From Mobula hypostoma (lineage: Eukaryota): DNA of 64,000 nucleotides. The notes under the pieces were generated by a model. That model searched no databases. It saw nothing but the letters and a program-made list of their open reading frames with translations, and was not told the DNA's origin. Shown piece by piece: positions 1 to 13,043 of the stretch. The number at the start of each line of letters is the position of its first letter. The stretch's first letter is position 1. The translations under genes and the position numbers were made by a program. The stretch lies in NCBI RefSeq assembly GCF_963921235.1, contig NC_086097.1:75456001-75520000 (forward strand), given 5' to 3'.

Positions 1-1556
1 TTGTGCTTACCACTGCTTGGGTTTCTTTATGCACCATAATGTGCATTCTCTTGTATGAGCTGGATTGCTGAATTAAGTTTTAACATTATGTGCAAGGAAT
101 TGTATGACTTCCAATGTAAATGAAGCATCAATGGAAGGCACTTTAATGAAACTCAATATCATAAAATCCTCATCATGTGGAATGAAAAATCAATGTAGAT
201 TTTCAATGGAGAACAAGCATTAGGGGATTGCTAAACCAAACTTAATTCATTAGACACATGCAAAGACTAATACCTCCCCTCTCAATTGGAAATTTTACAC
301 CATCCACCCGCAACCCCCAATCTCAATAACCAAACCAGAAGCCTCTGATAACAATTTCCTCTTCTTTTTACTCAGACATTGGCTGTTGAGAATATTACTA
401 CCATTTATACTTCCATTAGAGTCACTTTTTCTTAATATCCTATCATCCAACACTTTAGTCATGCACATTTAACCTCCTTGTCAGTTAATTAGTCACCCTC
501 CATACTAGCCAAGACCTTCATTCTTTCCTTGCCTTTCCCTCCAAGGCTCTACAATTACTTAAACACTTGGTACATCTTTGACCTCCTCCATTTCTAAGGA
601 AAAGTCATCAAATTGAAATATAAGTCTGGTAGCCTGGGATTGGTCAGATGTTAATGTTTGTAAAACCTAAATCCCAGTCACAACCCTTCTTGAACACCCC
701 CCAAATCCATGTTTAAAATATCTGGGACACACAGTGGACAATTGGTGGTCCTTTAGGCAAGTGGTCAATTTTGCTATTTGTTGGTCTACCTCTAGTTGAC
801 CAAGCTTCCCGGACATTAAGAAATCTGGCAGCTGAATGGATATGAAACAACTTCAAGTAAATGATAAGCATCTCTTCTACAATGTAGCTGGGTCAAATAG
901 AACAGATTTATTTTTCCCCACTGCCTCAAGTTTCCCATTCGCACCACACCTACTATATAGAGACTTGCATAATAAAATGTCTTACTGGATTAAACCCCAT
1001 AGTTTTGTAATTAAGACCCTCCAGTGTCAGATTGCCTGAGATTGGGCTATCCAGTCACTGAAGTCCTTGTTCTCTCCAACACCTTCAGCTTCACCATGAC
1101 TGAAGTTACATCCTTTTCATTTCACCCTCATGCCACAGGGACTGCATCCATTTCCCAAAAAGCCTCCCCAGAACTTCTTGTCTTTTTCTGGAGTGATGGA
1201 AAGGAAAGGCCTCCAATGTCACTGTGAGTGCAATACATTACATTATAAAATTTGCACTTCTCTATAGTCTGGCTGCACCAAATTGGTGACTTGGTTTTTC
1301 ACAGAACTTAATGTCATTGTGGGATATTTAGTTTGCTTGGTAGTTCTAAAAGTGAAGCCACAAACAGAAGATGCAGCATCTGCAGAAACAAACTAACAGA
1401 ATTGAAAGATCCTTTGACCAGAAACATTCATTCTTATTTTCTTTGCATTGATGCCACCTGACGTACTGAGTGTTTCCAATATTTTCTGTTTTTATTTCAG
1501 AGTTCCACTATCCACATTTTTGCCTGATTTTTCAACTTATATTAATGGGAAGAACA

Positions 1557-1843
1557 GGGCAGCACCATAGCGTAGTGGTTAGCACAATGCTTTACATTGC
1601 AGGTGACCCCGGTTCAATTCCCATCACTGCCCGTAAGGAGTCTGTACATTCTCCCGCTGACCGCATGGGTTTCCTCTGGGTGCTCCGGTTTCCTCCCACA
1701 GTGCAAAGGCTAATTGGTCATTGTAAGTTGCCCCATGATGAGGCTAGGATTAAATCAGGGGATTGCTGAGCAGTGTGGCTCAAAGGGCAGGAAGGGCCTA
1801 TTCGCACCGTATCTCGATAAATAAAAATAAATAAATAAATAAT
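1557..1843 (+). mobile_element. tRNA-derived SINE (V-SINE/HE1-like)
   Basis: Pol III A-box tagcgtagtgg (1568-1578) and B-box ggttcaattcc (1611-1621). V-domain-like core gggtttcctctgggtgctccggtttcctcccaca. Ends in an (aaat)n tail. Confidence 0.85.
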
Positions 1844-3044
1844 CCTCTAAGCTTGTTTTGGGGAAAAATAATTGATAATTTATGTGATAATTAGTCATTA
1901 TAGCCTGCATATTTCTGTTCAGGGAAAATTAAACTAAGGAGGTGGAGTGCACTATAGAGGTCATCCCCGGTTAAGAATGCCTAACTATGAACAAAATTGA
2001 CTGTACAAAATGGAACCTGTTAGTTAGACTGGGGATAGCTTGTGGTGAGTTCTGCACTTTTGGTGGACTGTTTTGAGCTGTTTTAGTGCTGATTTACCAG
2101 AAGGAAATGTCAGGAGGAGAGAAATAAAGATTGCCCAATGCAGATGAGGCAAGAAGCAATGCACGAGTCTTGTCTTCCTCTCTGTGTAATTGTAATGACG
2201 CTTATTACAGGGAACATGGGTCAGGTTACCTGTTCTCTCAAACCTGTTATACCTACTATGTTCTAACTCAAATTACTCATGTACGGTAAGCCAACATGAT
2301 TTCTTTAAAAGAAACTCACTTAATTTGCATTTTCAATATTTTTTACTAAACTGAATTGCCTGTTATACACTGAAGTGTAGATCATTACCTTGAATTGATA
2401 GGGAAAAAGCCTTACGCATTTAGGGATTTTGATGCAGTTTGGTGAGAAAGGATCATTTCAAATCACTTCTCACTATGGTCCTCCATATCCTCAGGTTCAG
2501 TTCGAAAGACAAACTGCATGAGGTACCCAGCTGATGAGGTTGCATCTCTGGAGGGAAATGCACAGTTGACATTTCAGGTCAAAAATCCTACGACTGTACT
2601 GAATGGTACATCAGGAGATCTCCTCTCTGTCTTTCATTTCAGATGAACTGTCACTATTGGAAACAGTGGCTACCCAGTTCCCTCCATAGACCCAGTGAGC
2701 TCTTCCAGCGGTTTGCTTTTTGACTCATGTTCCAACATCTACAGTCTCTTGTGTCTCCCTCAAGTTTGGTAGTCTGATCAGGCTGGCAACAAGCTTGTGC
2801 AAAGACTTTGCCCCCAAAACACTCCTGATCGGTTTTCACAGTAGCCTTCGATGACAGTGAGTCTTCGTTGGCTGTGAAAGATGACATGTGTTTAAAATAT
2901 CTCTTGACAGAGATCTTTAAAATTTACTAGAATTAAAGTTTTTAAAATCTGCTGTATTTTAAAAAACAAAGAAGCTGGATAACACACATCATAAAATTAT
3001 GAAAACACTGTACTGTGGCAAAATATGTTTGTTAAAATAACAGA

Positions 3045-3182
3045 CAACAAACTGCAGATGCTAGAATCTGGAGCAAAACTGCCAGAGGAACTCAGTAGGT
3101 CAAACAGCAACTGTGAAAGCAAAGGGATAGTCAAATACAGAAGATATTTGACCTACTGAGTTCCTCCAACAGTTTGTTTTAT
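3045..3182. mobile_element. Penelope pLTR-derived foldback remnant
   Basis: Perfect 20-bp inverted repeat gaggaactcagtaggtcaaa (3085-3104) / tttgacctactgagttcctc (3147-3166). The arms resemble the pLTR segment downstream of the hammerhead in the other copies. Confidence 0.65.
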
Positions 3183-5770
3183 ACTGTTTATAAATAACAC
3201 CATCTGCTTCTCCTTCAAATCCACAGACCTATTGCAGTCAATGTGTTCTCACAATCCTATCATGTTTGTCCCAGTACAGATCTGAATGAGAATTTCCCCA
3301 GGGAATCTCAGAAAGTCTGGATTCTATGTGGAGTCTAGTGACAGAGCATTGTGGTCAATGCTGTATCATCCATCATTCAGCAAATCCCTGTCTTCCACAG
3401 CTGAAGGGTGAAGGGCTATATATGTAAGCCCATGACTTATGTCCAATTCAGTTGGCTGACTGCCAATAGTTCCAGTCAGGATCTGTCCCAATTTTCTTTT
3501 AACCTGCAACAATTAATATCTTCTGATGGAATGCAAACTGGCCCTTATCTGACCAATTTTTTTCCGGCCAATGAGGTGGTTTGACAAAATGTATTGCTTG
3601 TCACATTGTTAGCAATTGACATGCAAAAGAAGGTGCCTGCCTTAAAAAAAAATCTAATGTATTTGGTGGGTTGTGAAAATGTAACTTACCATTAAAATAC
3701 ATACAACAACTAAGATGAGTAATGTGTGTGTGAATCTCAGTACTGGGGCAGTGGATGGGTACTGCACATCCAATGACAGACTACCACATTTAACAAAACA
3801 CACGTGTGCTCAGGTACATTTGTATGATCTTCTCCATAAAGACAGTCAATTTGAGTAGAAACACTACAGTTATTAGTACAAGATCAAGGCTAGTACAGTA
3901 TAGGAAAGCACCTGGATGTATCATGATTGGAACATTGTTCAAATATACACTACTGAAAAGCAAGATAATAAATTTACTCAGATTGTTTATAATCTGGGTA
4001 ACCTGAATTAGAGACTATTTAGCTTTAGATGTAAACTAGCAGATTAATCTAGACTTCATGTTAGATTGTTTTAAATGTAAATCTACTTTTCTTTTTTGAA
4101 AAGGAATCTGAAACTAGAGATTGTTTTAAAGAGCAATGCCTGAGAAGTAAAATAGTTTAAAGTCACAGATATAAGCAATATAGACATGCACATATTAGAA
4201 CAAGGTAATTTTCTTCATATGGACACTAAATGCACAATTATAGAAGAAATCTAGAATGTCTGTCACTCTGCATCTTCTTTTTGAGCAGTACCCAGTACAA
4301 GACCATATTTACAAGTCCATTCCAGGTTACAAGATTATTCCATTCTTGCAAACTGTTCATCAACTAAAGTTCACAAGTCAAAAATGCAGCTACCTGGCAA
4401 CATACTTAACTAAAGACACATGTGAAACAAGAGCAACGTACAGTAGAGTTAAACCAGGATGTTTAAGCTAAGCATTCAGATTTTTCTGCAAGATGTAATA
4501 CTATTGCTTTAAACTGAGTTCCTACGTGGTAGAAGATGCCTACAGCCCTATAGCAGCTTACAAATCCATCCCACCGTGTCCCAAACGCTCATATGTATAA
4601 ATCAGGTGTTCATAATCTGGGGAGGAAGGACCTGTATGCAAAATTAGTATGATTGCAATAAAACAGATTTGAAAGTAATCACCTGCAAATAAGACCAAAA
4701 TTTGCATTGCTTTGAATTGTCTTGGAATCGTGTAAGTTGTTTCCTACCAGAATTCACCACGTTATTTCCTGAGACCGTGAAAATCCTCATGCTTCATCCT
4801 ACAATATTTCCACTTTTCAATTAAACGAAAGTGAAAAAAGCTAATACACTTAAGCTTTAAGCAAATTGGTTTTATCTCCCAAGGATCATCTTCTTTCAAA
4901 GTTGAATTACCACCTTGCCCATATGTTGTACTTTTTAAAAAAAAAGTGCAGACTTTTAAAAAAACTGGTAGAGGATTAAATTTTCTGAAATTTGCAAGCC
5001 AACTGCAAAATATTAAAATTAAAAAATTAATAATTCATAAGTGCTTAATCTTACTTTAATCTTCTTGCTGCTTACAGCATTTCACAACAAAAAGATCTTA
5101 TATTATGAACTTCTCTCCCATTAACAATTTCCAATGTGAATGAGCTGTGAATCTACCCCTAATAGAAATAGGAATCATTGGAATTGAAATAGGAATTGGT
5201 ATATTGTTGTCACATGCACCGGGATACAGTGAAGAGCTTGTCTTGCACAGTGTTCATACAGATCAGATCATTACACAGAGGATTGCGGTAGCACAAGATA
5301 AAACAATAACAATGTAGCATAAAGTGTAACAGCTACAGCGAAAGCGCAGTGTAGGTCAACAATAAGATGCAAGATCAATTTACACAATTTGAATGCTTGT
5401 CCTCCATGAGATATTTGGATAGTTGAGATATCCAAACTGCATGGTAAATCTTAGGAAGGTGATAGGGACACCACATTCTGCAGGATCCTGTGCCACGAAT
5501 AGAACATGTTACAATTAGCCCATGTTGAGAAGTTCAATTCACATCTTTAATCTGACTTGCAGCACCTTAAAGCTATAGTGTCAAACTGAAAGAAGCCATC
5601 ATTTTTAAGCTATAATCAATTGACTACTAACAATGTTAAAATTACATTTATTTTTGGAAGCTGCTATATCACTAAATCCCTACCAACTGCTTACAAGTTG
5701 AGATGATTAATTGAATATGCAAGGTTATTGGAATACAGTAGTTTGGAACATTTAGTTGTCAGCCAAAGCA

Positions 5771-6075
5771 GCACACACAGAACGCTGGATGAACTCAGCA
5801 GGCCAGGCAGCATCTATGGAAAAGAATAAAACAGTCGACATTTCAGGCCAAGTCCCTTCTTCCAGACTGAGATGGAAGGGAGAAGATACCTGAATGAAGA
5901 GGTGGAGGGAGAGGAAAGTGGCTAGCTGGAAGATGATAGGTGAGTTGGAAAGATAAAGGGCTGGAGAAGAAAGAATCTGATAGGAATGGAGAGTGGGCCA
6001 TAGGAGAAAGGGAAGGAGGAGGGAGCCCAGGGTGACAGGTAATAGGGAGGTGAGAAGTAAAAGGTCAGGGTGGGT
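5771..6075 (-). mobile_element. Penelope pLTR fragment with degenerate hammerhead
   Basis: Similar to 46131-46774: pyrimidine-rich tract, then agtc-tggaaga-agggacttggcct-gaaatgtc-gact (5868-5833, catalytic core mutated), then gatgctgcctggcctgctgagttc. Confidence 0.8.
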
Positions 6076-6670
6076 CAACCAGTTACCTATGATTTTGATG
6101 ACGTCTCTAGCTTAATCAAAGCTCAGCCTATTGTTGTCATGGCTTCTTTGGGATGATCTAGAGTAAAGGGAGGGGTAATTGTGCTTTAAATGACTGAATA
6201 TCAGAGAAGGCTTGCAAGAACAGGCAACATTTTGCTGAACAGTTTGATATACCTAACCTCCCCCACCCCCACTCACCCAATCTGCTGCACAACCCCCCTC
6301 CCCCGGTTTCTTGAAACACAAATCTAAAGGATAACAAATACAGAATCAGCTCCCCTGGTTCTATAAAGAATAATTTTAAGCTTAATCTTAATCATTCTTT
6401 AAAACCAACCATTGATTCTTTTTGTAGATATTTTGGCAGAAAGGGTTCCAGAATTTTTGAGATTCACAATGCATAATGCATTCAACTCAGTTCATTAATT
6501 TGAAGCACAATGGATCAGATGTTAGTGAATTTGCCACATGACACAAAGTTGCCAGGCGATTATTTCTTTTTGTAAAAATTATTATCATGGTAGAAATCAG
6601 AAGTGAATAACCCAGTAGTCATTAGTAACCAAGTGGCAAGTCTTGACTCAGAAGGTCAATGATTCCAACG

Positions 6671-7012
6671 ATAGAACATAGAACATAGAACATAGAAAAC
6701 CTACAGCACAATACAGGCCCTTTGGTCCACAAAGCTGTGCTGAACATGTCCTTACCTTGGAAATTACCTAGGGTTACCCATAGCCCTCTCTTTTTCTAAG
6801 CTCCATGTACCTATCCAGGAGTTTCTTAAAAGAGCCAATCGTATCCGCCTCCATCACCACCGCCGGCAGCCCATTCCACGCACTCGCCACTCTCTGCGTA
6901 CAAAAATTACCCCTGACATCTCCTCCGTACCTACTTCCAAGCACCTTAAAACTCTGCCCTCTCGTGCTAGCCGTTTGAGCCCTGGGAAAAGCCTTTGAAT
7001 ATCCACACGATC
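6671..7012 (-). mobile_element. CR1 LINE 3' fragment
   Basis: (atagaac)n tandem tail at the 3' end. Sequence resembles the 3' end of the CR1 ORF2 at 36178-39035. Confidence 0.8.
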
Positions 7013-7117
7013 AGCAAAATGTTTGAACTTGTTGTGCATAATAGTTAATCTTGTCTTCCAGGGTCTTTCCTAATGTGCCGAGCGTGAAGCAGGTGCAAAT
7101 CACTGATTTCCAGAATG

Positions 7118-7560
7118 CAGACACAAGAGAAACTGCAGATACTATAAATCTGGATCAACACGCACAAAATGCTGGAGGAATTCAGCAGGTCAGACAGCAT
7201 CTTGGGAGGAAAATGAACAGTCAATATTTCAGGCTGAGACCCTTCATCAGGACTGGAAAGGAAGGGGACAGAAACCAGAATATAAGAGTAGGGGGAGGGC
7301 TGACAGGTAAGCCCAGGTGAGAGGGGAGAAGGCAGGAGGGTGGTGGAGGGAAGAAAAAAAAGAATAATGGGAGAAGCTGAAAGGTGACAGATGGGAAAGG
7401 CAAAAGTCTGACAAAGAAGGAATCTTATAAGAGAGGACAGTAGACAATTAGACAAAGGAGGTAAGTAGAGAACCAGAGGTAGGAAAGTGAAGGTGATGGG
7501 CAGTAAGTAGGAGGAAGGGAAAGAGAAGGGGTAATGGGGCCACGGGGATAAGAGAAAACA
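7118..7560 (-). mobile_element. Penelope pLTR fragment
   Basis: Same architecture as the other pLTR copies. Contains the hammerhead motif at 7219-7254. Confidence 0.8.
7219..7254 (-). ncRNA. minimal type I hammerhead ribozyme (variant)
   Basis: Minus strand reads AGUC-CUGAUGA-AGG(GUCUCAG)CCU-GAAA-U-AUU-GACU. Core is intact; helix III palindrome is AUAU. Confidence 0.6.
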
Positions 7561-8064
7561 GAAAACAGGAGTACCAGAAGTAAAAGAGCTAATGATTTAT
7601 GGAGATTGTGTGTTCCAAATGTATGGTGAAGGCCCAGGCCTGGGCCATGATTATGCAGAACATGTAAGCAAATAAATAAACTGATTCTGAAAGGCAAAAG
7701 TGATGAAGAGAGTATCAGCTATCAGCTTTTGAGGATGTGGAGAAAGGTTTGGTTCTCTACTACACCTTCAAAAGATACAGCTCATACCTGATGCCAAAAT
7801 TGAATGACTGGTGCAACAGAGTCTATTGATTATTTTCTGATGAGGTTCCAGACCAAATGCAGTAAACACATTTTCGAGAAGATGGATAAATGATTGCTGT
7901 AGAAACTGATCTGGGTCTTAGCATAAACAGACAAGATGAAAGCTTTGGCCGGGAAGAAGCTTATTAAAGCACAGGTGCTAGGTACCATCAGAAAGCCAGA
8001 AACTAGAGATAAAGGGATGAAGGCAGTGAGACATAACTAGCCAGCTTCCAAATCAAAGACAAAA

Positions 8065-8640
8065 TTATGGTCAAGTTTATTGTCATGCACAAGTACACGT
8101 ATGCACGGGTGTAGTGGAAAATTTGCAACAGCGTCACAGCTACAACACATCATATAAACAGCACTCAAAAGGAAAAACATAAAATAGCCAGAAATTATAC
8201 ACAAATTTACAAGGAAGAATACAATTAGAACAAAAAAAAATCTTCATTTTAGTGCAAATAATCAAAATGACTATAGTTTTGCTAAACTGTAATAAACAGA
8301 GTTGGTTCAAGAAATTGTTCAATGGTTGAAGAGAAATAGCTGATCTTGAACATGGTGGTGTGAAGCTTCTATACCTCCTGTCTGATGGTAGCTGCAAAAA
8401 GATGTCATGACCCAGATTGTGAGTATCTTTGGAGTTGGATGCTGCCTTCCTGAGACAGTGCCTCCTGTAGATACCGCAAATGGTGGACAGGGATGTGCCT
8501 ATGATGTATGGGGCAGAGTCCACTACCCTCCACAGCTTCTTATATTTCTGTGTATTTGAATTGCCATACCAAACCATGAGGCAACCAGTCTTGATACTTT
8601 CAATAGTACATCTGTAGAAGTCTGTTAGAGCATTCCGTAA
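8065..8640 (-). mobile_element. Rex1/Babar LINE 3' fragment
   Basis: ORF 8140-8577 (WYGNS...LWRVVDSA...IFLQLPSDRRYRS) matches the C-terminus of the Rex1 copy at 10479-13043. Confidence 0.8.
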
Positions 8641-9779
8641 ACAATTGCAGCATCATGAGATTTCTCCTGATCAGTGTTCACACCAGCAGACAACAGAAAC
8701 AAATGAATGAACACCAAATTGAAAGTAGACTGTGCAAGAGCTGTGGTGAATCGCATAGTCCATAGAGAAGCAATGCACTGGAAAAAGGTCCGAAAGCAGA
8801 TTATATGACAAGTTCAACCATTTGATGAATGAGTGCAAATCTAAAGAGAACCCTTAAAGAAAAAATACTGTAGGAAGAACAAAACTTCAGTGAAACAGAA
8901 ATAAAATGAGAACACTCACCCATGTTTGAGCTTTCTAGACGTCAGAATTTTAAAGGACTGATTGGATATAGCAGTTCCCAGACAAATTAATTCTATGCCA
9001 CCAAACAATTTCAGCAATTTAAAAAACCCTACAGTTAAAACTTGATTACAAAGAACAAAATAACTTCATACTACTCAGGTTTTACCAAAGGTCTTTTCTG
9101 AACACGGGTGGGAAGGTGAGTGCCCAATTTGAAGAGGATATCTTGAAACAAATCTATGTATATGAAAGAATCTAAATTCTACAGCTTGGGACAAGTCAAC
9201 ACAGAAAGAGATACACAGAAACAGTATAAAAGTTGAAAGCAAAAACTTCAGATGCTGAAACTTGAACTAAAAATGGAAAATGTTGATGTGAATTATTAGC
9301 TTTGCTTCTCTCTCCATATATGCTGCCTGATTTGCTGAGTATCTCTAGCATTTTTCTGCGTATTATATGAGAGTGTGGTTAATTGGATGTTATGAAAGAT
9401 TCCAAAATTTGAAAGTAATTTGAAAATTAGAAAACAGATCTAATGCGTATGTACCTAGAATCTTTTGATTATGATAGGCACATTGAGAATGATGTCTTGA
9501 AAGGAAGCAATGACACTTTAAAGATTTTTGCTATCTCATCACTTTGAGCCCCATGTGCATCAATAATCCAGCTTCCACACAAATTAACATGAAGCTGAAA
9601 TGCAGCTTGGAAAGTAATACATCGAGATGGAGCAGAAGTGGGGAAGAGCCAAAGTCACAAGCTGAATTACATAGGGCTGAGAGGGAGGCCTTATGGGTGT
9701 CTAAGGGCATACCTGTACTAAGCTAACAGTGAAACAGAATGTGTTTTCAACCAAAAGCGGATGAGGCTCACAGAGAGAG

Positions 9780-10440
9780 AACATCCAGATTTATGACCGT
9801 CACAGTCATCTCCATAAGTTGATCGAGAGAATCATGGCAGGGCTCAAACTAAAACTGACAAGTGTATCACTGGGGAGAAAAAAAGTCAGTTCTTTAGAAT
9901 AGTATACACTTCAGACAGAGTTAAGCTCAGCACCTTTCCATAATTCCCTCAGGTTTACCATTATTCTGACTTGTCAGGATGAAAGAATTCTTGTGTTGGA
10001 TTTCCCTAGGAAGCTCCCCAGTCCTTCCTATGGAGTTGGTGCACTAGGACAACCCTGTCAAACCACATCTGAACAAAAGACTTTAGCCTTTCAGGCAGAT
10101 GCCTAAAAAGCCAGTGATCTGCCCTAGCACAAGATGGCAATGTCATTTGATTCCAAAGAGCTCACATCAACGGAAACAAGATTTAGAAATGAAAGGACTG
10201 TTAGCTCTATAAGGATTTGACAAATCAGGAAGAGAAATGGTGCACTGGCCAAGGAAAATCATGAGCTGAGATATCTAGATGAGAAGGTGTAATACCTAAT
10301 AACTGTAATGCCATCAAAGATCTGAAATGAGAAAAACAAAGATGAGGAACTACAGACGCTGTCTCAGAAATTGAGTCACAACTGGTCCAAACAGTGAAGA
10401 TGACCCTGAAATAATGCAGGAAGACAAAGGAAGATCCAAA
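9780..10440 (+). pseudogene. highly degenerate Ty3/Gypsy pol relic
   Basis: Manual translation gives AGLKLK..DKC near 9838-9865 and NEKNKDEELQTLSQKLSHNWSK near 10326-10391, resembling the Gypsy pol 'D..LQ.L...I..GWP' segment. Many stops. Confidence 0.45.
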
Positions 10441-10478
10441 CCTTGTATTTTGTCACTCTAGGTTACAACCAATCTAAT

Positions 10479-13043
10479 GCCAAGATGGCACCGCGTACGG
10501 CGGCCGTGTAGTGAGTTCCGTTCCCAATCTACAGTATGCTACTATTTTCTACATTTTTCTCAGCATTTTCTGTTCAAGTAGCGGGATAGTCACATCAGAT
10601 ACGATAGACTGACTCTTCTGAACATCGGAAAGATGGCATTTACCCACTATGTGTCACCTTTTCCTACACTGGGAATCCCCGTCTGCGCGATCCATGGGGG
10701 CGGCACATCTCTTACACCTCCACTACCTCAGAAGAAGCACCGGAGGTGAAAGAGAAGGGCCGGCGTCCTGGTGAGGCTAAGACAGCACGCTAATCAGCCG
10801 CCACTCCTGGCTAACGTTCAGTCTCTGGACAACAAGCTGTGCGAACTGAGAGCTAGAATCTCCTACCAGTGGGAAACAAAGGAATGTAAGGTTTTGTGCT
10901 TTGTGGCTACCTGGTTGATGGAGGAGATACCAGATCACGCTATCGAGCCCTCTGCGTTCTCCCAGTTCCATGTGGACAGGTCTAAAATCCTCTCTGGGAA
11001 GAGTAAAGGAGGACGAGTGTGCTTCATGGTCAATAGTGATTGGTGCGACCTCCAGAATGTGCATGCTCTCAGATCCTTTTGTTCCCCAGACCTGGAGTAC
11101 CTGGTGCTGCTGTGCAATCCCTACTGGCTGCCAGGGGAGTTCACAGCTGTTATCATCACAGCGGTGTACATTCCGCCACAGGCTGATACTAACCTGGCTC
11201 TCAAGGAACTGTACGAGACTATGAAATTGCTGGAGATTGTACACCCAGAGGCTGCCTTCATCATCGCCGGTGACTTTAATCAAGTGTCGCTGATGAAAGT
11301 CTCTCTAAAGTTTTGTCAGCACATCCAGGTGAGCACTCGTGGAGATAACACAGTTGACCACTGCTACACTCCCTTCCGCAACGCTTACAAAGCTCTCCTT
11401 CGCCCAGCTTTAGGAAAATCAGACCACTCTTCGATCCTGCTTTTGCCGATGTACAGGCAAAAGCTGAAACAAGAGGCAGCCATAGTTAAAACCGTCCACT
11501 GTTGGTCCGACCAATTGGCCTCCATGCTGCAGGACTGCTTCAATGACGTCGACTGGAATGTCTTCCATGATGAGGATGTCTCCGAGTTCACTGATAGAGT
11601 CACGTACTTCATCCCGAAGTGCATCAACAATGTTGTCCCCCAGAAGTCAGTCAGGGTCTTCCCGAACCAGAAACCCTGGATCAATAGTTCCGTGCAAGCA
11701 GCACTTAACACAGGACATAGAGCCTACATTGCCAGCAATCAGCAGGAGCTCAGGAAAAGCGAAACAACAATACAGGGACAAGATTGAGTCAACATTCACA
11801 ACAAATAGCATCTGCAGCATGCTGCCACACAAACTGGACCCCCTACAATTTGCCTACTGACACAACTGATCAACAGATGAACCAATAGCCACTGCTCTAC
11901 ACACCGTCCTTACACATCTGGAGAAGAAGGATGCTTATGTGAGAATGCTGTTCTCGGACTACAGTTCAGAATTCAACACCATAGTTTCATCCAGGCTTGA
12001 CAAGAAACTCAGGGACCTCGGACTTGACCTGTCTTGTGCAGCTGGATCCTGGACTTCCTGTCAGATCACCAGCAGGTGGTAAGAGTGGGCTCCCTCACCT
12101 CCAACCCCTGACTCTCAATACAGGAGCCCCTCAGGGCTGTGTACTGAGTCCCCTCCTTTACTCCCTTTATACCCATGACTGTGTCACCACCCTCAGCTTT
12201 AATCTGCTAACTAAATTTGCCAACAACACTACATTGATTGGCCTTATCTCAAACAATAACGAGGTAGCCTACAGGGAAGAAGTCATCTCTCTGACACAGT
12301 GCTGTCAAGAAAACAACCTCTCCCTCAATGTTGCAAAAACAAAGGAGCTGGTTGTAGATTACAGGAGGAATGGAGACGGGCTCACCCCTAACAACATCAA
12401 TAGATCTGGGGTTGAGAGGGTAAACAGCTTTAAGTTCCTCGGCATCCACACCACCGAGGACCTCACGTGGACTGTACACACAAGCTGTGTGGTGAAAAGT
12501 GCACAACAGCACCTCTTTCACCTCAGACGGTTGAGGAAGTTTGGTATGTGCCCTCAAGTCCTAAGAACTTTCTACAGGGGCACACATGAGAGCATCCTGA
12601 CTGGCTGCATCACTGCCTGGTATGGGAACTGTACCTCCCTTAACTGCAGGATTCTGCAGAGAGTGGTGCGGACAGCCCAGTGCACCTGTAGTTGTGAACT
12701 CTCATGATTCAGTACATTTACAAAGATAGGTGTAAAAAAAGGGACTGAAGGATCATTGGGGACCCAAGTCACCCCAACCACAATACACTCCAGCTGCTAC
12801 CATCCAGGAAACGGTACCGCAGCATAAAAGCCAGAACCAATAGGCTCCGGGACAGCTACTTTCAACAGGCCATCAGACTGATTAACTCACTCTGATTTGA
12901 GTGTATTTCTATGTTACTTTGACTGTTCTATTTATTATAAATTACTATGATTGTACATTGCACATTTAGACGGAGACATAACGTAAAGATTTTTACTCCT
13001 CATGTTTGTGAAAGATGTAAGAAATAAGGTCAATTCAATTCAA
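10479..13043 (+). mobile_element. Rex1/Babar-clade LINE, both ends present, internally deleted
   Basis: 5' gccaagatggc start. APE domain 10771-11787 (LLANVQSLDNK, VYIPP, AGDFN, VDHCY, KSDH). RT C-half (LDPLQFAY, GAPQGCVLSP, FADD mutated to FANN). (caatt)n tail. The linker and RT N-terminus are missing near 11810. Confidence 0.9.
10771..11787 (+). pseudogene. APE endonuclease portion of Rex1 ORF
   Basis: 338-aa ORF with apurinic-endonuclease motifs. The ETW motif is altered to ATW and the frame is broken downstream. Confidence 0.85.

Noticed and set aside
560..630. Additional hammerhead-like remnants (also near 1400, 2570, 52860)
   Set aside because: Catalytic core too degenerate to call a ribozyme; treated as old pLTR debris.
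1557..1630. tRNA gene
   Set aside because: A and B boxes are present, but they continue into a SINE core and tail; no convincing cloverleaf.
10777..11283. Antisense ORFs over Rex1, CR1 and Gypsy coding regions
   Set aside because: Shadow ORFs of the retroelement reading frames with no independent motifs.
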